A DNA stretch of 63,026 nucleotides, filler included, from Reticulomyxa filosa (GCA_000512085.1; 19 parts of 19 records of this genome joined end to end with filler, not necessarily neighbours in it); one strand, 5' to 3'. Positions 25,674 to 39,427 are shown, numbered from the whole stretch's first letter. Notes: a model not told the origin generated them from the sequence alone. Numbers and translations are program-made.

Positions 25674-26076
25674 AATGAATTAACCATTCAAAGTATTTTG
25701 GATAATCTTGATCGTTGTTATCCAACTTTCAAAAAATGCACGTTCAATCCCAATGAATTACAATTTGTTCAATCATTTTTTGGTGATCCACAACAAGTAC
25801 AACATGTATTTGAAATCACTTATCAAATTATTGTATTGATGGATCGTAATATCAATGACCTTGATATGTTAAGATTTTCAATATAATTTTGTGTCTGTTG
25901 ATTTAAAAACATGTTTGTGATACATCTATTTCAGGAATGAACATCTTTCGAAATGGATGGAGAAAATGCAATTTGACAAAGAAGATTGTAAACTATTTGC
26001 AACAAAAAATGATATCACCATGTTGATTAGTCACGTCGGTGAATTGTGGCACACTTTAAACCGTTTACAATCCTAA
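25674..26076 (+). CDS. 3' fragment of a hypothetical protein (two exons)
   Basis: Open frame from the contig start (ORF 25698-25886), a probable intron ending at TTTCAG near 25935, then NEHLSKWMEKMQFDKEDCKLF...LQS-stop. Confidence 0.35.
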
Positions 26077-28490
26077 CTAAGCTCTGTCATTGATTTGTCG
26101 TTTGTGATCCTCATATCAAATGTTAATTGTAAAGTAAAAAGGCAATGACGATAAGTGAAATGTTAATGTTGTGTAATTAAAAAAATGGACTTCATTTTGA
26201 AACGTTGAAAATTCGAATATATTCTCAAACAAAAAATTTTTTATCTTCACACAACCGATCATATTCCAAAATGCTTTGTGACAAGTACGCTTTGTACTTG
26301 TATTGCAAAAGATTGCTTGATATCATCTCGTTTTTGAGTTTTTATTCACAATTTCTATTTACTTGAAGAAAAAATCGAATTGAAAAAGTGAACTCCAATT
26401 TTGAACAATGAAATCATCATAAAAAAAATACCTTTCATTATCGTTATTTTGGAATAGCGCATTAATGAAAAGGATATGGAAGTCATTTGTGTCAATTTTT
26501 AGGATTTTTTTCTTGTTTGATCAAAGCTACTTTTGTTTGTGTAATATTTCAAAGTTCAATCGTCGCACGGATATTAAAAATTTTTTAAACGTTGTGTCAT
26601 TTTTTATTTTTTTTTGAACCAGTTTCTTAAAAATAAACCACTTCATTAAAATAAATAAAAAACTGTTTTTTTTTAATTAAATATTGACCAAATAAGTTAG
26701 TTATTGTGTTACTTATCTGTTTTGTTAAATTAAAATTATATCCAAAAATCAGTTAAATGAACAAGTTGCAAGGGAGAACGTAGTTCCATTTTTTAAAATT
26801 TTGTATTCGTAATGTCTTCTCTTAACGGCAAACTACAAAGCTTTGCTAACTTTTTGTTTCCATATCTGAAGTAAAGAGTGATTAGCAAGAGTTGTCAAAC
26901 AACTAGAAGATTTGGAAATATTGTTTTTTAAATTATTCTTTTGTCTTTCAAAAAACAAAGAAAGTCATTAAGCGAATTGTTGAACAAAGTGGATATAACA
27001 CCTTTGTTCTTCTTCAATTTCATTGATAACATTTGATGTCTTTTTCTGTCTGTTGGAAGCAAATTTTCATCAATTTTGCAAAAGGTCGATTTGAATCAAA
27101 AAAAGTAATTGCAATAAGACATGATTATTTCAGTAACAAATGAACATATTTGAACATTCATTGCATTTACAATATCTAACTTTGTCTTATAAAAAAGTTA
27201 TCTATCTGTGTGTAGAACCAAACTGTAGTTCTTCTAAAAAAGTATAACTTGGTACAATGGTTATACGCTGAAACAAAAAATGGAATATTTTGATCCTTTG
27301 TTTTTCAAATCAAATACGCTCAGAAAGATAAGTCAAAGTTGCAAAGTTGCTTGTCAATCACAACGTTTGAAATTGTGGCAATTTCTGATAAAAACCAATC
27401 TAAAACATCAAAACAAATTTCTATCCGATTGTATCAATATTTCTTTTGATTTGGATTGTTTTTCATTTTCAAGAGAAGAGGAAAAAACATGCCATGTTGC
27501 TTGGATTTGAACGATGTGAAGGGATTCGACATTAATTTCCGCAACTCTTCTTATTACAAAAATACTATTGGCAGTTAGTACCTTGTGATATTTTTTTCCC
27601 CCTTTCATACAGTATTTTTTTACATTGTGTATCTTTTTTATTGTTAGTTTATCTTGTTATAATCTTTTTAATGTTTTGCATAATTTATTTTTCAATTTCA
27701 CCGGAAGATACCATCTAGACCCACAAATTCAAGAAAATGATTCATAGCGTTTAAACTGAGCCAAAATCACATATAAGTAAATCATATTAATCTTTCGCAT
27801 TTTTATGAAAAATATTTGATATTTCGTTTGGTATCATTTCTAAAAAGAAAGCGCTAAGTTTAATCAAAAGCTATCATTGATAAGAATGACGATTTCTACA
27901 GGCGTTGCATTCCATTTATTACTAAATCACTAAAATATCGTTCAAAGGATGTCCAACTCTAAAGAGTTTAAAAGGAAGAAATTTTCTGAATAAAAGTATC
28001 TAACGGTCATTATAATTGAAAATATCAAATTTCACTTTGCTAATGTCAGTGGTGGCTTTCAAGCACAATATCAAATAAAAAAAACATTGCAAGAAAAAAT
28101 AATTCAAATTTTAGCAATTTTGATACGAAAATGGAGAGGTATCGCAATTTTTTAAAAAAAACTCGATGATATTCATTCTGGACCTTACATTTTTGTGAAA
28201 ACCCTGTAATTTATGTTACTCACCTCAAAACAATTTGAAGGTGGAAACATAATGAAAAAAACAAAAACGGTTCACCAAATAACCCAATTTAACATTTGAC
28301 ACCACACATCTTACAAACACCAAAAATCAGTTTTTGCTTCTTCATCCAAGGGACAGAAAAACCAAACAGTAATGGTGAGTCTGAGGAATANNNNNNNNNN
28401 NNNNNNNNNNNNNNNNNNNNNNNNNNNNNNNNNNTTAATTAATTAANNNNNNNNNNNNNNNNNNNNNNNNNNNNNNNNNNNNNNNNNNNN

Positions 28491-28670
28491 CACTGCGTTG
28501 TTTGCAATTTGTTTGCAAATATAGCAGACTAATGAGTTCAATTTCACTGATTTGTTAGTCATCAAAGCCCAGTCTTTGTTTTGTCATAACAACCAAAACT
28601 GGAAAATGTTTCCACATTCCAAAAGAAGAAGGGTAGATACCATTCCAGAGTTGTCGATATAAGTATGCAG
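28491..28670 (-). pseudogene. N-terminus of a TRAF-like RING zinc-finger gene, frameshifted
   Basis: Reads FSSFGCYDK/NKDWALMTNKSVKLNSLVCYICKQIANNAV up to the contig end (RING start CxxC). An indel at GACAAAACAAAGAC breaks the frame. Confidence 0.5.
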
Positions 28671-29674
28671 TTGTGACAACGAGATACACATTATTTAAGT
28701 TTATTATTATGTATTAAAATGAATTACATTTTTCATTGCAATTATTTCTTGTATTGTTTTTTCCAAGATTTCTTGTGATAACAACAAAGATAAGAAGCAA
28801 TTGATATCAATTGTCTTTTGAAGTGTTTTAAATAATGTGGAATTTGTTCTGTTAATCACATTTATTTCACATAACACAACAAAGAGAATACAAATGTTCT
28901 ATATGGACGTTTGTTTGAAATTCCTTGTCATACAATTCAATAAATTTATAATTTTCATTTTTAAAAGAAAGCAAATGGTTTTTTGTATCTAAGATTTAAT
29001 AATCTTTCTTGTTGTTGCAAAAAAGAGTTCAACGATCTTTTGTTTATTTTGAATTTGGACATAACAACAAAAGGGGCCTTTCAATAAAATATAAAAAGCA
29101 CATAAATATGTTGTATATATGAGATTACTTTTCTCAAACGATGTTCTGTCATTAAATTAAACGATAGTTGAATTCAATGTGTTTCTTTCTCCAATTACGC
29201 TTTGTTATTTCATTTGTCCAGAGTCTCCTTGTATATTCCATTGATGTTTTTATGATTAAACGTCAGCTTCAATTTACGCACACATTCATGACTTACACGA
29301 AATTTTTTTGCAACTTTGAGCAAACTCCAGCCTAACGTCTTTTGTTAAAATTCTAAATCCTTTAGCAATTTTCAAAAACTCAAATATCAAAATACATTGA
29401 GCTAAAAATAAAGTATAAATATTGAAATAATTAGTAAAGATTTAATAAAAAACCAAAATGATATTTAAAAAGTACAAGACTTACAGCAGATATTTTAAAA
29501 AATTATGTCTGGATGTTGTTTTTTCAATCATCTCTATAAGGTTCCATTTTATTTGTCAACTTTACTTTGCATTATACTGTACTTTGATTTTTTTTTATTA
29601 ATTACTATGAAATGGTAATAAGTACAAGAGAAAATTAAAACTGATTTTTTGTTTTATTTACAATACCTCGCTTT

Positions 29675-29980
29675 TTAAACAAAAGGTAGTCCATGTTTTA
29701 CAGTATACGATATTGCATACTCAATAGCTGTCATCCTTTTTAAATTTTTTTTTTCAGAAAGAAAAATAGCCATTAGATTGATATTATGATTGCAGCAACG
29801 GCGATTTGTAAATTCATTCATTCTTTTTTTGTATCTTTGTTCATTATCACCTTCGATTTTCCAAACTTGAAATAAGTGTAAATTTTTATTTACCTCATCT
29901 ATGCCACCTTGAAATTTTGATAAAAGAAAATAAATAAGATTTAAAGCAATAGAATGATTCCACATTGCACTTATTTGCAT
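29675..29980 (-). CDS. 3' fragment of a hypothetical protein from a lineage-expanded family
   Basis: 101-aa ORF running from the contig edge, YKKRMNEFTNRRCCNHNINL...GLPFV. It resembles a multi-copy Reticulomyxa hypothetical family from memory; function unknown. Confidence 0.45.
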   Translation of the reverse strand: MQISAMWNHSIALNLIYFLLSKFQGGIDEVNKNLHLFQVWKIEGDNEQRYKKRMNEFTNRRCCNHNINLMAIFLSEKKNLKRMTAIEYAISYTVKHGLPFV

Positions 29981-31504
29981 AGTCTGTTGGATATACTNNN
30001 NNNNNNNNNNNNNNNNNNNNNNNNNNNNNNNNNNNNNNNNNTTAATTAATTAANNNNNNNNNNNNNNNNNNNNNNNNNNNNNNNNNNNNNNNNNNNNGGT
30101 TAAATAAAAAAGCAGTTTACAACCAAATTAAAAGACAATGAAAAAAAAACGGAGAGAAAAACGAAAGTAATTAAGTTTACGAGGAAGGGGTTTTAAGATT
30201 CACTTGAGCTTGTCAACAATTTGCCCTACAATATGGTTAACAAAATGTTACCCACTACTAAGGATATTTGCATAATTTGAGGGTCAAAGATATTTCTCAA
30301 TAGCATTGAATAAACTTTGTGATTTTAAAAGAGCTTTTTTTTGCTATTATATTTTCATATTTTATTTGGTCTGTATTTTACGCATACACTGGTGATTTTA
30401 GCTTGTTTGCATATACTAAATTGTTCGTTTTTGATTGTGTGATAAAAATAACAATTTCTTTTATAATTATGAAATTTTATATTTATGCAGCGCATATTGA
30501 GCACCGTTTCTATTTTCTGCTGTTGAGTAATAAAGAGACTCAAATGGTGAGCCCTTTTTTGTAGATGTCGACAAGTGAAAACAAAAAAATTGAATGTGTT
30601 TCAAGACATTTCGTGTTATTGAACACTAGTAATTTCCAAAACATCACTTCCAAATTTTTTGCTTTCTTAAAAAAACTAAGGGAAATGATTTGGAAAATTC
30701 CAAGTTGAAAAGTTGAAATAATAAGTGATAGTTGTTAACATAAGATTCATAAATGATTTGAGGTGCATTGAAAAGCAAGTTATAAACAGTCAATTGTATT
30801 CGTACTACTGAATCTTAAAAAGAGCTTGGGAAAAATAGAAGCAACACTATAAAATCGAAAGCGCATTGCTGGTGTTTATGATTCAAATCCAAACAAGTGA
30901 CAAATTATATAGAAATCAAACAGTTCAGCAAAAAGCCAAGTCGTAGTCACAACTATTTATTCAATAAAAAGACAATAAGAAGTGTTCAAATAAAGACATC
31001 AGAAATACTTGTTTCGCAAACACACAGACCAGTCGCGAGCAGAATTATAGTTAAACAAAACCCAACCAAGCTTCGTTTTCGAAAGAGAAATACTGGANNN
31101 NNNNNNNNNNNNNNNNNNNNNNNNNNNNNNNNNNNNNNNNNTTAATTAATTAANNNNNNNNNNNNNNNNNNNNNNNNNNNNNNNNNNNNNNNNNNNNAAA
31201 AAAATCTATGACAAACAAAATTTTATCAATGAAAAAGATCTGTGTCAAAAAAAACTTTATCAATGGTTTATGAACTTGCTGAAACAGTTTTTTCTAGGAA
31301 AAAAAATGTAAACTTTGACTAAATTGATTGACAATGATATCAAACAATAAGTAATATAAGTTGTCTTTTGGTCTGTTATTTCACTGCTTGTATATAAAAT
31401 GAGTCAAAACGGAAGAGTGATGAGTAGGTCATTTGTTGAACAATTTGATTTTTTTTTTTGTTGAGAGATTAATGGAATAAAAAAAACTACAAATGCAAAC
31501 AAAG

Positions 31505-32170
31505 TCAGTACGCGGCCAACCATGTGAAAATGCCTTCGGCGAGAATAAGAGGAAACAAAATGAGCCTGACCAACCAAAAGTTGATTTGAAAGCCTTGTGA
31601 CAATTGCCAATAAAAGCCGTACAAAGCCAAGGCATATTGTGTGAATATGAACAAGGTGTTTTGCTCAACAATTTCGCGTCCAATGTCATTAGACACAGTG
31701 TCACTCGTTCTAGACCTATTGGAATGATGACTATCAGTTGCATTGGGAGACAAAGAAGAAGAAGAAGCAGCATTAGTAGTCGCAGCAGCAGACGAGGCAG
31801 TGGAAGAAGCACGAATAATAGCCTCTTGCATTTCGGGAGGGATCAATTGTCTGTTTCCTAAAAAGCGAAACAAGACATGGCCAATCAAATTCCCGCCTTT
31901 GATCGCACTATGAAACGCACTGACCATTCGCGCCAGCATTATCGCCAGTCCCACGCCGATTATTTTGCACAGTGTCAAAAACGAAAAGTCGATCCATTGT
32001 TTAAACTCCTCATCCGCATGGCGAATTATCCACGGTCGGACATATCTGGACAAGCTTTTCGTCAGGTTTTCTCCCAGTGATACCCCTAGTGCCACATGCT
32101 TCGCAAATGAGCTGCGCAAAGTCGCAATCACTGTCAATAGAGATCCCCAAATGCCAGCAACTCCATTCAT
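31505..32170 (-). CDS. Uncharacterised multi-pass membrane protein, 3' exon
   Basis: 221-aa ORF with several TM segments (VIATLRSSFAKHVALG, SAFHSAIKGG, YGFYWQL...LILFPLILAE) and an S/A/T-rich loop. Confidence 0.6.
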   Translation of the reverse strand: MNGVAGIWGSLLTVIATLRSSFAKHVALGVSLGENLTKSLSRYVRPWIIRHADEEFKQWIDFSFLTLCKIIGVGLAIMLARMVSAFHSAIKGGNLIGHVLFRFLGNRQLIPPEMQEAIIRASSTASSAAATTNAASSSSLSPNATDSHHSNRSRTSDTVSNDIGREIVEQNTLFIFTQYALALYGFYWQLSQGFQINFWLVRLILFPLILAEGIFTWLAAY

Positions 32171-32174
32171 TATC

Positions 32175-32214
<40 letters not shown>

Positions 32215-32314
32215 NNNNNNNNNNNNNNNNNNNNNNNNNNNNNNNNNNNNNNNNNNNNTTAATTAATTAANNNNNNNNNNNNNNNNNNNNNNNNNNNNNN
32301 NNNNNNNNNNNNNN

Positions 32315-32769
32315 ATGGAAGTCAATAGTGGAATCATTTGCCATATGACTATCCATGTCAACATGCTGTGATTGTTGTTGCTGTTGCGGTTGCGAATTGA
32401 TGTTCGTAATGTCGAATAGTTCGATTTGTTGCAGCTGGCTTTCACCTTGTCCAGTTCGTTTGTCATCGTTTTGCATTTCAGGTCGCACGTGATCATTTCA
32501 TCGATCGTTTGTTCGGACCGTTGCAACTTTACAATGTGAATCACATCACAAACTTGTTGTTGTTCCTGTCTTGCCATAAATGCCTCCATTTTTTTCTCTT
32601 TAATTTCTGTCATTTGATTTTCCAACTGTTCGCGATAGCCATCCGCTGCCTCCATTTCTGGTCGAAGGCTACTCGTTTTTGTCACCCAAGGAGGTATAAT
32701 GCCACTTATTTTTTTGCTATCTTTGTCATTGTCAGCATCTCCACTCTTTTCACCATGCACATTCATCAT
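32315..32769 (-). CDS. Hypothetical coiled-coil protein fragment
   Basis: ORF with E/K/Q-rich heptads (REQLENQMTEIKEKKMEAF) running into the spacer. Confidence 0.35.
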
Positions 32770-33036
32770 TTCCTCCTGTATCCAAATACTGAGTGCTTTT
32801 CACGTTACGAACTTAAAAAGACTACTTTTCTCCTTTCTAAAAAAAAAAGACATCACAGATGCAGTAAATTGGATAAATTTGAATTCAATTTCAAAATTGG
32901 ATTGTACAAACAGTTTTGAAATTGCAAGATTCGTACCAAAGAAAAAAAAAGGGCAAAACAATCTTTTTTTTTGGAACAAAGGGACAAGAAAAAAAAAGCC
33001 AGAATTCTATTTGAGAGAGATATTTATGCTACACAA

Positions 33037-33700
33037 ATGGCTGGGTCCGAAAAGTACTTAAGCGTTCCTTGGCTTCTAACAAGCGTGGTTATGTTGATTT
33101 CAGCGCTTGTGTTGTACTTGTTTCCCGAACAGAAGTTGTCGCCTCACTTCTACGCCGACAAAGGTTTCACGCCGCACATATATCCCGAGTTCTTGTTGCA
33201 AGGGGGGCCCATCAAAACTTTACTGGCCTTTAATCAAGCAGGTTTTTTTTTGTTTTTTTAATCAATCAAAAAACGATTGAAAGACACATCGCTTTTTTAA
33301 AAAAAAGAAAGAGAAACACACTTTTGCTGACAATAACAAAAAAAGATTATTTGATCGGGTGCATGAAATCGAAGGTGCGTTAATGAACACGTTCGGATTT
33401 TCAGTAAACTACAAATGCATACGTGTCGGGGATTGCGAAAGAACGAGAAGAAGAACAGTTTGCACCAAAAGACAAGAATAATAAGAATAAAATAAAAATG
33501 AAGAGAAGGTAAATCCAGCAAAGAAGATGTGTTTGTGTTCCAAGCTCATGGCGTAAAACACACACTGTGAAGTTGTCAAGGCTATACTAGGCCCGTGGCA
33601 AGAACGAGGACTGCAACTTCAACTTCAACACTGAAGAACATCTGACCAGCATGATCCCTTACATGGATGTGCTTGCCGTATCCTGGAGATCTCTTGTATG
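33037..33700 (+). CDS. Hypothetical protein with an N-terminal TM or signal anchor; later exons disrupted
   Basis: MAGSEKYLSVPWLLTSVVMLISALVLYLFPEQ..., a GT plus T-run donor near 33242, and downstream coding-like sequence with frameshifts. Confidence 0.35.
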
Positions 33701-34155
33701 TTCCTTGAGGATGGCCGCATCAAGTCTCTATCGTCACTGAAGAGGACTCATTATAATCTCTCAGCACTTGCTCATTCACAGAGTGCTTTAATTTGAACTC
33801 ATTTATTACATTTTGGATATTTTTGTGAAACAAAAGAAAAGGTTGGAATACGATTGGATGCATGTATATACTTATTAATCGATCATAAAATTGAATTTTT
33901 GCATTTTTAGCGAAAAATGAAACGACATTGGGGCTGACTATTGACATGCTGATGATATGCATGCTGAACTTGGAAAATGCTTGAGAAGATTTATCAAATG
34001 TGGTTTTGATGACTTCCAGTGACGGAATAGTGCCACTGCTTCGAAGGAGTGTGTGNNNNNNNNNNNNNNNNNNNNNNNNNNNNNNNNNNNNNNNNNNNNT
34101 TAATTAATTAANNNNNNNNNNNNNNNNNNNNNNNNNNNNNNNNNNNNNNNNNNNN

Positions 34156-34187
<32 letters not shown>

Positions 34188-34197
34188 AATGATTAAC

Positions 34198-34422
34198 TAG
34201 ATACCCACACCGTCCACACAAACGTGGTGGTGTCTGTTTCCGCGCTGTAGGAAACAGAGTGAAAAGCTATGCTCCACTCGACATAGTTATTGTCCTGACA
34301 TTTTTGCAGACACGCTGGTAAATAAGGCGCTGCCCTCGGGATGCATTGCTGTGCTGTAGGAGCCAGTGTAGTTGTCGTTGGAGTCAATGTAGTAGTAGTA
34401 GTAGTAGTAGTAGTAGCTTTGG

Positions 34423-34456
<34 letters not shown>

Positions 34457-34883
34457 GGCTGGCCTCATAGTAGGATAATTGGTTGGTGCTTTTGTCGTGG
34501 TAATCATGGTGGTGGGAATAACTCCTGAAGCCAATTGACACATGTCAGGAACGTCGATGGAACCGATCACACATCGTGCGGCTTTGAAACTCGTGTCGGT
34601 GACATTGTCATAGACCACGTAGTAGCCAGGGGCCGTGCGGATCTGTCCGGACAAAGAGATAGAGAAGGACCGCAGCGGACGGGCGTCGCCAGCAAGTCCG
34701 GACCACTGGTATCCATTGGTCAATGCCGCAGCCTCGGGAAACGCGTATATCTTGTACTGCGTCGCTATATCTTTACCGACGCTACAACAATTGGGAAAGA
34801 AGACCCATACCCCGCTCGCGGAACTTTGATGTGATAAGTCCCATTTCTTATTGCTTGCACACCAATTGTTTGGTGGAGATGCT

Positions 34884-34919
<36 letters not shown>

Positions 34920-35440
34920 CATGTATATATGTATAAATAATTTGATATTGTTAGCAAAGTATAGAAACAGACATTACATAATAGATTTACTCACGAAACT
35001 AGTCGTTTTCAAAATGTAAGTGAAAAGGGTCATATTGAGCGTGTCAAAGTACGTGGCGTCGTACAGATAAAACGACCACTCGGTGGCGGGCATATCGCAC
35101 AGTAAGTTGCAATAGGGAGGGTGGACTTCCGACGCGCACGAGTCAGATATGCTCGTCGACGTCGAGGATGGCGGGGATGATGTTGGACGACTCGTCTGCG
35201 TTGGTGTCTCTGTGGTCTGCAATAGGGTCGGGCTAGCAGTATGTGGAGAAGAAGGAGCTATTGTAGTCAGGGTTGCAAATGGAGAGGATGAGGGAACTTG
35301 TGTTGTGCTTGGAGACAATGAAGGGTTTGCAATTTCAATTGTGGGCGTGCGAGTGGACAGAGTAGGGACATGACTTGCAGTTGGAACACGTGATTGTGTT
35401 GGTGAAAGTGACATTACACTTGTTGTTGTTGTTGTTGTTG
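34198..35440 (-). CDS. Mucin-like surface protein fragment: T/S/P-rich stalks alternating with a repeated Cys-rich domain
   Basis: ORFs 34974-35414 and 34193-34957 join through an intron at 34882-34999. PT/PS-rich and poly-Thr linkers flank two homologous C..C...C..EWS.....Y....T.F modules. Confidence 0.7.
34388..34456. repeat. Coding trinucleotide microsatellites (GTA)n and (GTT)n encoding poly-Thr on the minus strand
   Basis: Seen directly in the sequence. Confidence 0.9.
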
Positions 35441-35859
35441 NNNNNNNNNNNNNNNNNNNNNNNNNNNNNNNNNNNNNNNNNNNNTTAATTAATTAANNNN
35501 NNNNNNNNNNNNNNNNNNNNNNNNNNNNNNNNNNNNNNNNTTGGTTGTTGTGCTTTTTTTTTTGGGTTTTGTTTTGTAAGGTTATAGAATCTTTTGTTGA
35601 GGGCTAGTGCAAGGGGGCAGGAATAACCCAAACCATAAGTAGATGTTTTTTACGAATGAAACTTGTTCTGAGTCATTAAATTTGATAATTAATGCAAAAT
35701 AAAGATAAGTAATTTTATGCAACATAACAAACAAGTTGATCAAATAAGCTAAAAATCCAAGTAAGACGAATAAACCATTGTTAACATATTGGTACTTAAT
35801 ATATTACTATTGCATTGTTTAAACTCTTTTATTATTGTACAAAAGCGAAATGTGTTTTT

Positions 35860-37280
35860 TTAATCGAACCAACAAAAAAGGACTTGCATACTAAAGACGT
35901 TCCAAAGAAAGATAAAATTGAATCTAATTAAATAAAACATGATCCTGTTTTTACAAAAGAAATGAAATGAATTAAAACAGCAGTGCAAAATGATATCAAA
36001 TATTTCAAAATCGAGCATTACCAACGTACGTGTCAAATGGTGAAAGAAATGCAAAAACTTGTACATTACAAAAGAAAGTAATTTTGTTGATGTAATGTTA
36101 ATTGGATTTATCATGGTGACACCTTGCTATTGTCTTTTCGAAAGTCAAGGAGATATCATTTTGTTACCAAACAATTGCTTGATACATGGATATATTATTT
36201 TAAAATTCGAAAGCTTCCAGATCATGTTGGGTGGGATGGATTTTAATCGTTACCATTGTGGTGTTATATTTTGCATGAATCATTTCCGGATAATAACACA
36301 TTACATATATCTTCTAAATTGGTCTGTACAGTTCAAGCTGTAATGTCATTGGCATTATATTTGCATAATTCTTTGATAGCACCAAATCTTGCAATTTTTG
36401 CGATTGAACTTCTATTTTATGTTGTAGGTATTCAAAATTGTAAATTAGCATAAAAATGGTATAATTATATGGCCTTATTCTTACAAACATTGGTATGTAT
36501 TGTAATACCACTTATTTTTGCTTCATATTTGCACAACAATTGTGGCCGACAATGGATACATTATTGTGATACTTGTTCTGAAAAAAATTCCAATGATGCT
36601 ATTGTCAGTTATCACTGAACTTTTTATGATATTGATTTACTGTGGCACATGAATAAAGATGTGACAGTATTGAATTGGGGTAATTTGTACCAATATGGGA
36701 GGCTTTCAATTTGGTTATGAATTAAATATTTTCACAAAAGAATATAACATGAGTGATAATTTTTGATGGTGATCAAAATGATAATTAATATATTTCTACT
36801 ATGGGTTCGCTTGGCCAATATTCGTGCATTTATTTCAATGTGAACCATTGAAATTCTTGGCTGGTTCAAATGAATTGAACTTTGAAACTGTAGTGTTATT
36901 TGTCAATGTAGAATTGATAATCTTGTTGGGATTATTTTGTCCTTTGATTGTACCATTGTGTGCCATGGCAACTATATCCAATATCTTAAATTTCCAGTGC
37001 TTGTTGAATAAAAAAAACCAAACGTGTGGCGTCATGGGAAGAAAATCTTATTAAAAAAGCTAACATTTACAAACTATCCGATGGAATCCCTGCATTTCCA
37101 TATCGGTGTTAATTGTGCCATTTTTATTACAACAATTCATTTGGGTGTTATCTGGCGCATTGGGTAATGCTCATTTTCATGTGATAAAGAACGTATTTGT
37201 TATACTTTTGCAATTATTGACATTTGTTTCATAGTGGCTTTGATTGTTGCAAGGCGTTCAAATATTGCGACAATACAGTT
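35860..37280 (+). pseudogene. Decayed multi-TM membrane-protein gene
   Basis: A series of short hydrophobic ORF pieces in shifting frames (e.g. FETVVLFVNVELIILLGLFCPLIVPLCAMA) with internal stops and no clean splicing solution. Confidence 0.35.
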
Positions 37281-38615
37281 AATTATTTCATTGGCATAAA
37301 TAAAAGATATTTTTATGTTTTTAAAATAAATAAATACAAAAGGGACATCTGAAAACGAATCAACAACTAGCGTCACTGAAGAAACAAACGCAATATGGAA
37401 ACACTACAAGATGAATTTTAAGTCATTTTTATCGAATGAGAGCAAAGATTTTTTTGTTTAATTTTGATAAAGAGTGAAGCTGTTGTTTTTAAATAGCTTT
37501 TTATTTGATTTTTCTCTAATCTTTTTTTGTTAGATTTTGCTACTCTCTGAAATGAAGAAGAGGCCAAAATGATGATAATGACAGTCGTAATGTCATTTGT
37601 TGTTCATTACATGATAAAATCATTCGGTTTTGGGATATTGAAAGTAACCACAAATTTCATCAATCAATTGACACTAGTAGCGTTGTTGGAGTTGAATTCT
37701 CAACATTTAATGATGACCGATATTTATATTCGCCTCACATAACAATAATGTCCCTTTATGAGACATCAAAACATCTAAATTATTGTATATTGTATTTTAT
37801 GTGCACAATAACAAGAATGATGATTAAATAAGAAGGAATGCATGCGATAAAAAGATATTTCAAAGAAGATTCCAGAATATTCTTTTTTAAGTTCTTATGA
37901 TTGAATAATAAGGAAAAAAGAATCAAAGGCATGAATGATCAGATCATATTCAAATGTAGGTGTCCAACTAATTTCGAAATTAATTGATCTCATCATCACC
38001 ATATTTGGATAATATAATTGGGACAGTTGTTAGTGGATTATTCGTTTGTATATGTTTGTCGGTAGTGCTGCTCTCCGCATCGACTTGCTCTCTTTTTTTA
38101 GTTTCCCTCCAAAGTGGCCATAGGCCATGCCAAATGTGGTCGATGGCATGCATTGATCGGTACACGCAATTCTATATAATACGTATCTTTTTGATAAGAA
38201 ATCAGAGCTTTTTTAAAAAAAGATGTGTGTTTTTGACATGTTATTGTATACGTTGTTTCCTCCTTAGCGACTACTTATTCATCATCTATGCAAAGAAAAA
38301 ATATTGGTCAATCCGATTCCCACCCCTGGAATGTTTAGAAATTATAATTTTATCAAAATATTTTTGTTGTGATAGTAACAAGTCGCTTTTTTTTTTAGGT
38401 GCTGCTGAAGATTTACATGCTAAATATCATCCGATTGATTGTGTTGTACATCTAACTATGGTTTTTCATCTATTTTCTTGTTTTCGGTATCAGATATTTT
38501 TCCCATTGATGATACCAAAAAAGATGAACTGTTCAACTTCACCCCAAATTGAATCATTACCAACAATTTTGTTATGATTTATTTTTCAGAATCCTTTTTC
38601 TATAAGATAGCAAGT

Positions 38616-38878
38616 GTTCTGGATAGTCAATATATTAAAATATTAGATTTGAAATTAGATTAGTCACAATAAGGTGATAAAAAATACATAAAAACATGGC
38701 CATGCTAAAACAAATTGAATGAAACAACAAAAAAATGGATATCCTTTCTTGATTGTGAAGATAGATGTACAATGTCAACCTGAATATTGCCAATGTCAGG
38801 AGAAACTATAATAGACAAGCGTACTTGTGTTGGCCGTGATGACAGCATCTTTTTTTCGAATGATGTTCTTGTTTTGAG
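38616..38878 (-). repeat. Dispersed paralogous segment, copy 1 (homologous to about 56616-56875)
   Basis: Alignable by eye over about 260 bp. Encodes MLSSRPTQVRLSIIVSPDIGNIQVDIVHLSS. Confidence 0.8.
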
Positions 38879-39427
38879 TGTATTGAGTATACACTGATTA
38901 TTTTTTTTCTTTTCGGTGANNNNNNNNNNNNNNNNNNNNNNNNNNNNNNNNNNNNNNNNNNNNTTAATTAATTAANNNNNNNNNNNNNNNNNNNNNNNNN
39001 NNNNNNNNNNNNNNNNNNNTAAAAGAGTTTTTAATTTATCATTTATTATTTATATTAAACGTTTTTTCCTTTTTTCTTTCAAAATGTTATGATAACATCC
39101 ACCAAGGTGAAAAAAAGTTTGACAGCTTCAAAATGTTACAACGAAAAAATTGTCTATAAAATAAGTGATAAAGCGTTTTAACAAGTTAGTTTGTGAAAGT
39201 TATTGAAACCATTTTTGTTTTTTTGAAATTCCTGCCATCAATCTTTTGCGCTATTGATAAAAATAACGAAATGCACCTCTACAAAAATATATAAATATGT
39301 ACATATATTTATACATATATGTATATGTATATATTTATATATTTATCTTTATATAAGAATGCAAAAAAAAAATAGCTGAATTTGTTGGATCACTTGGTCC
39401 ATCCGTTGAGTGTAAATAATGTGAAAT

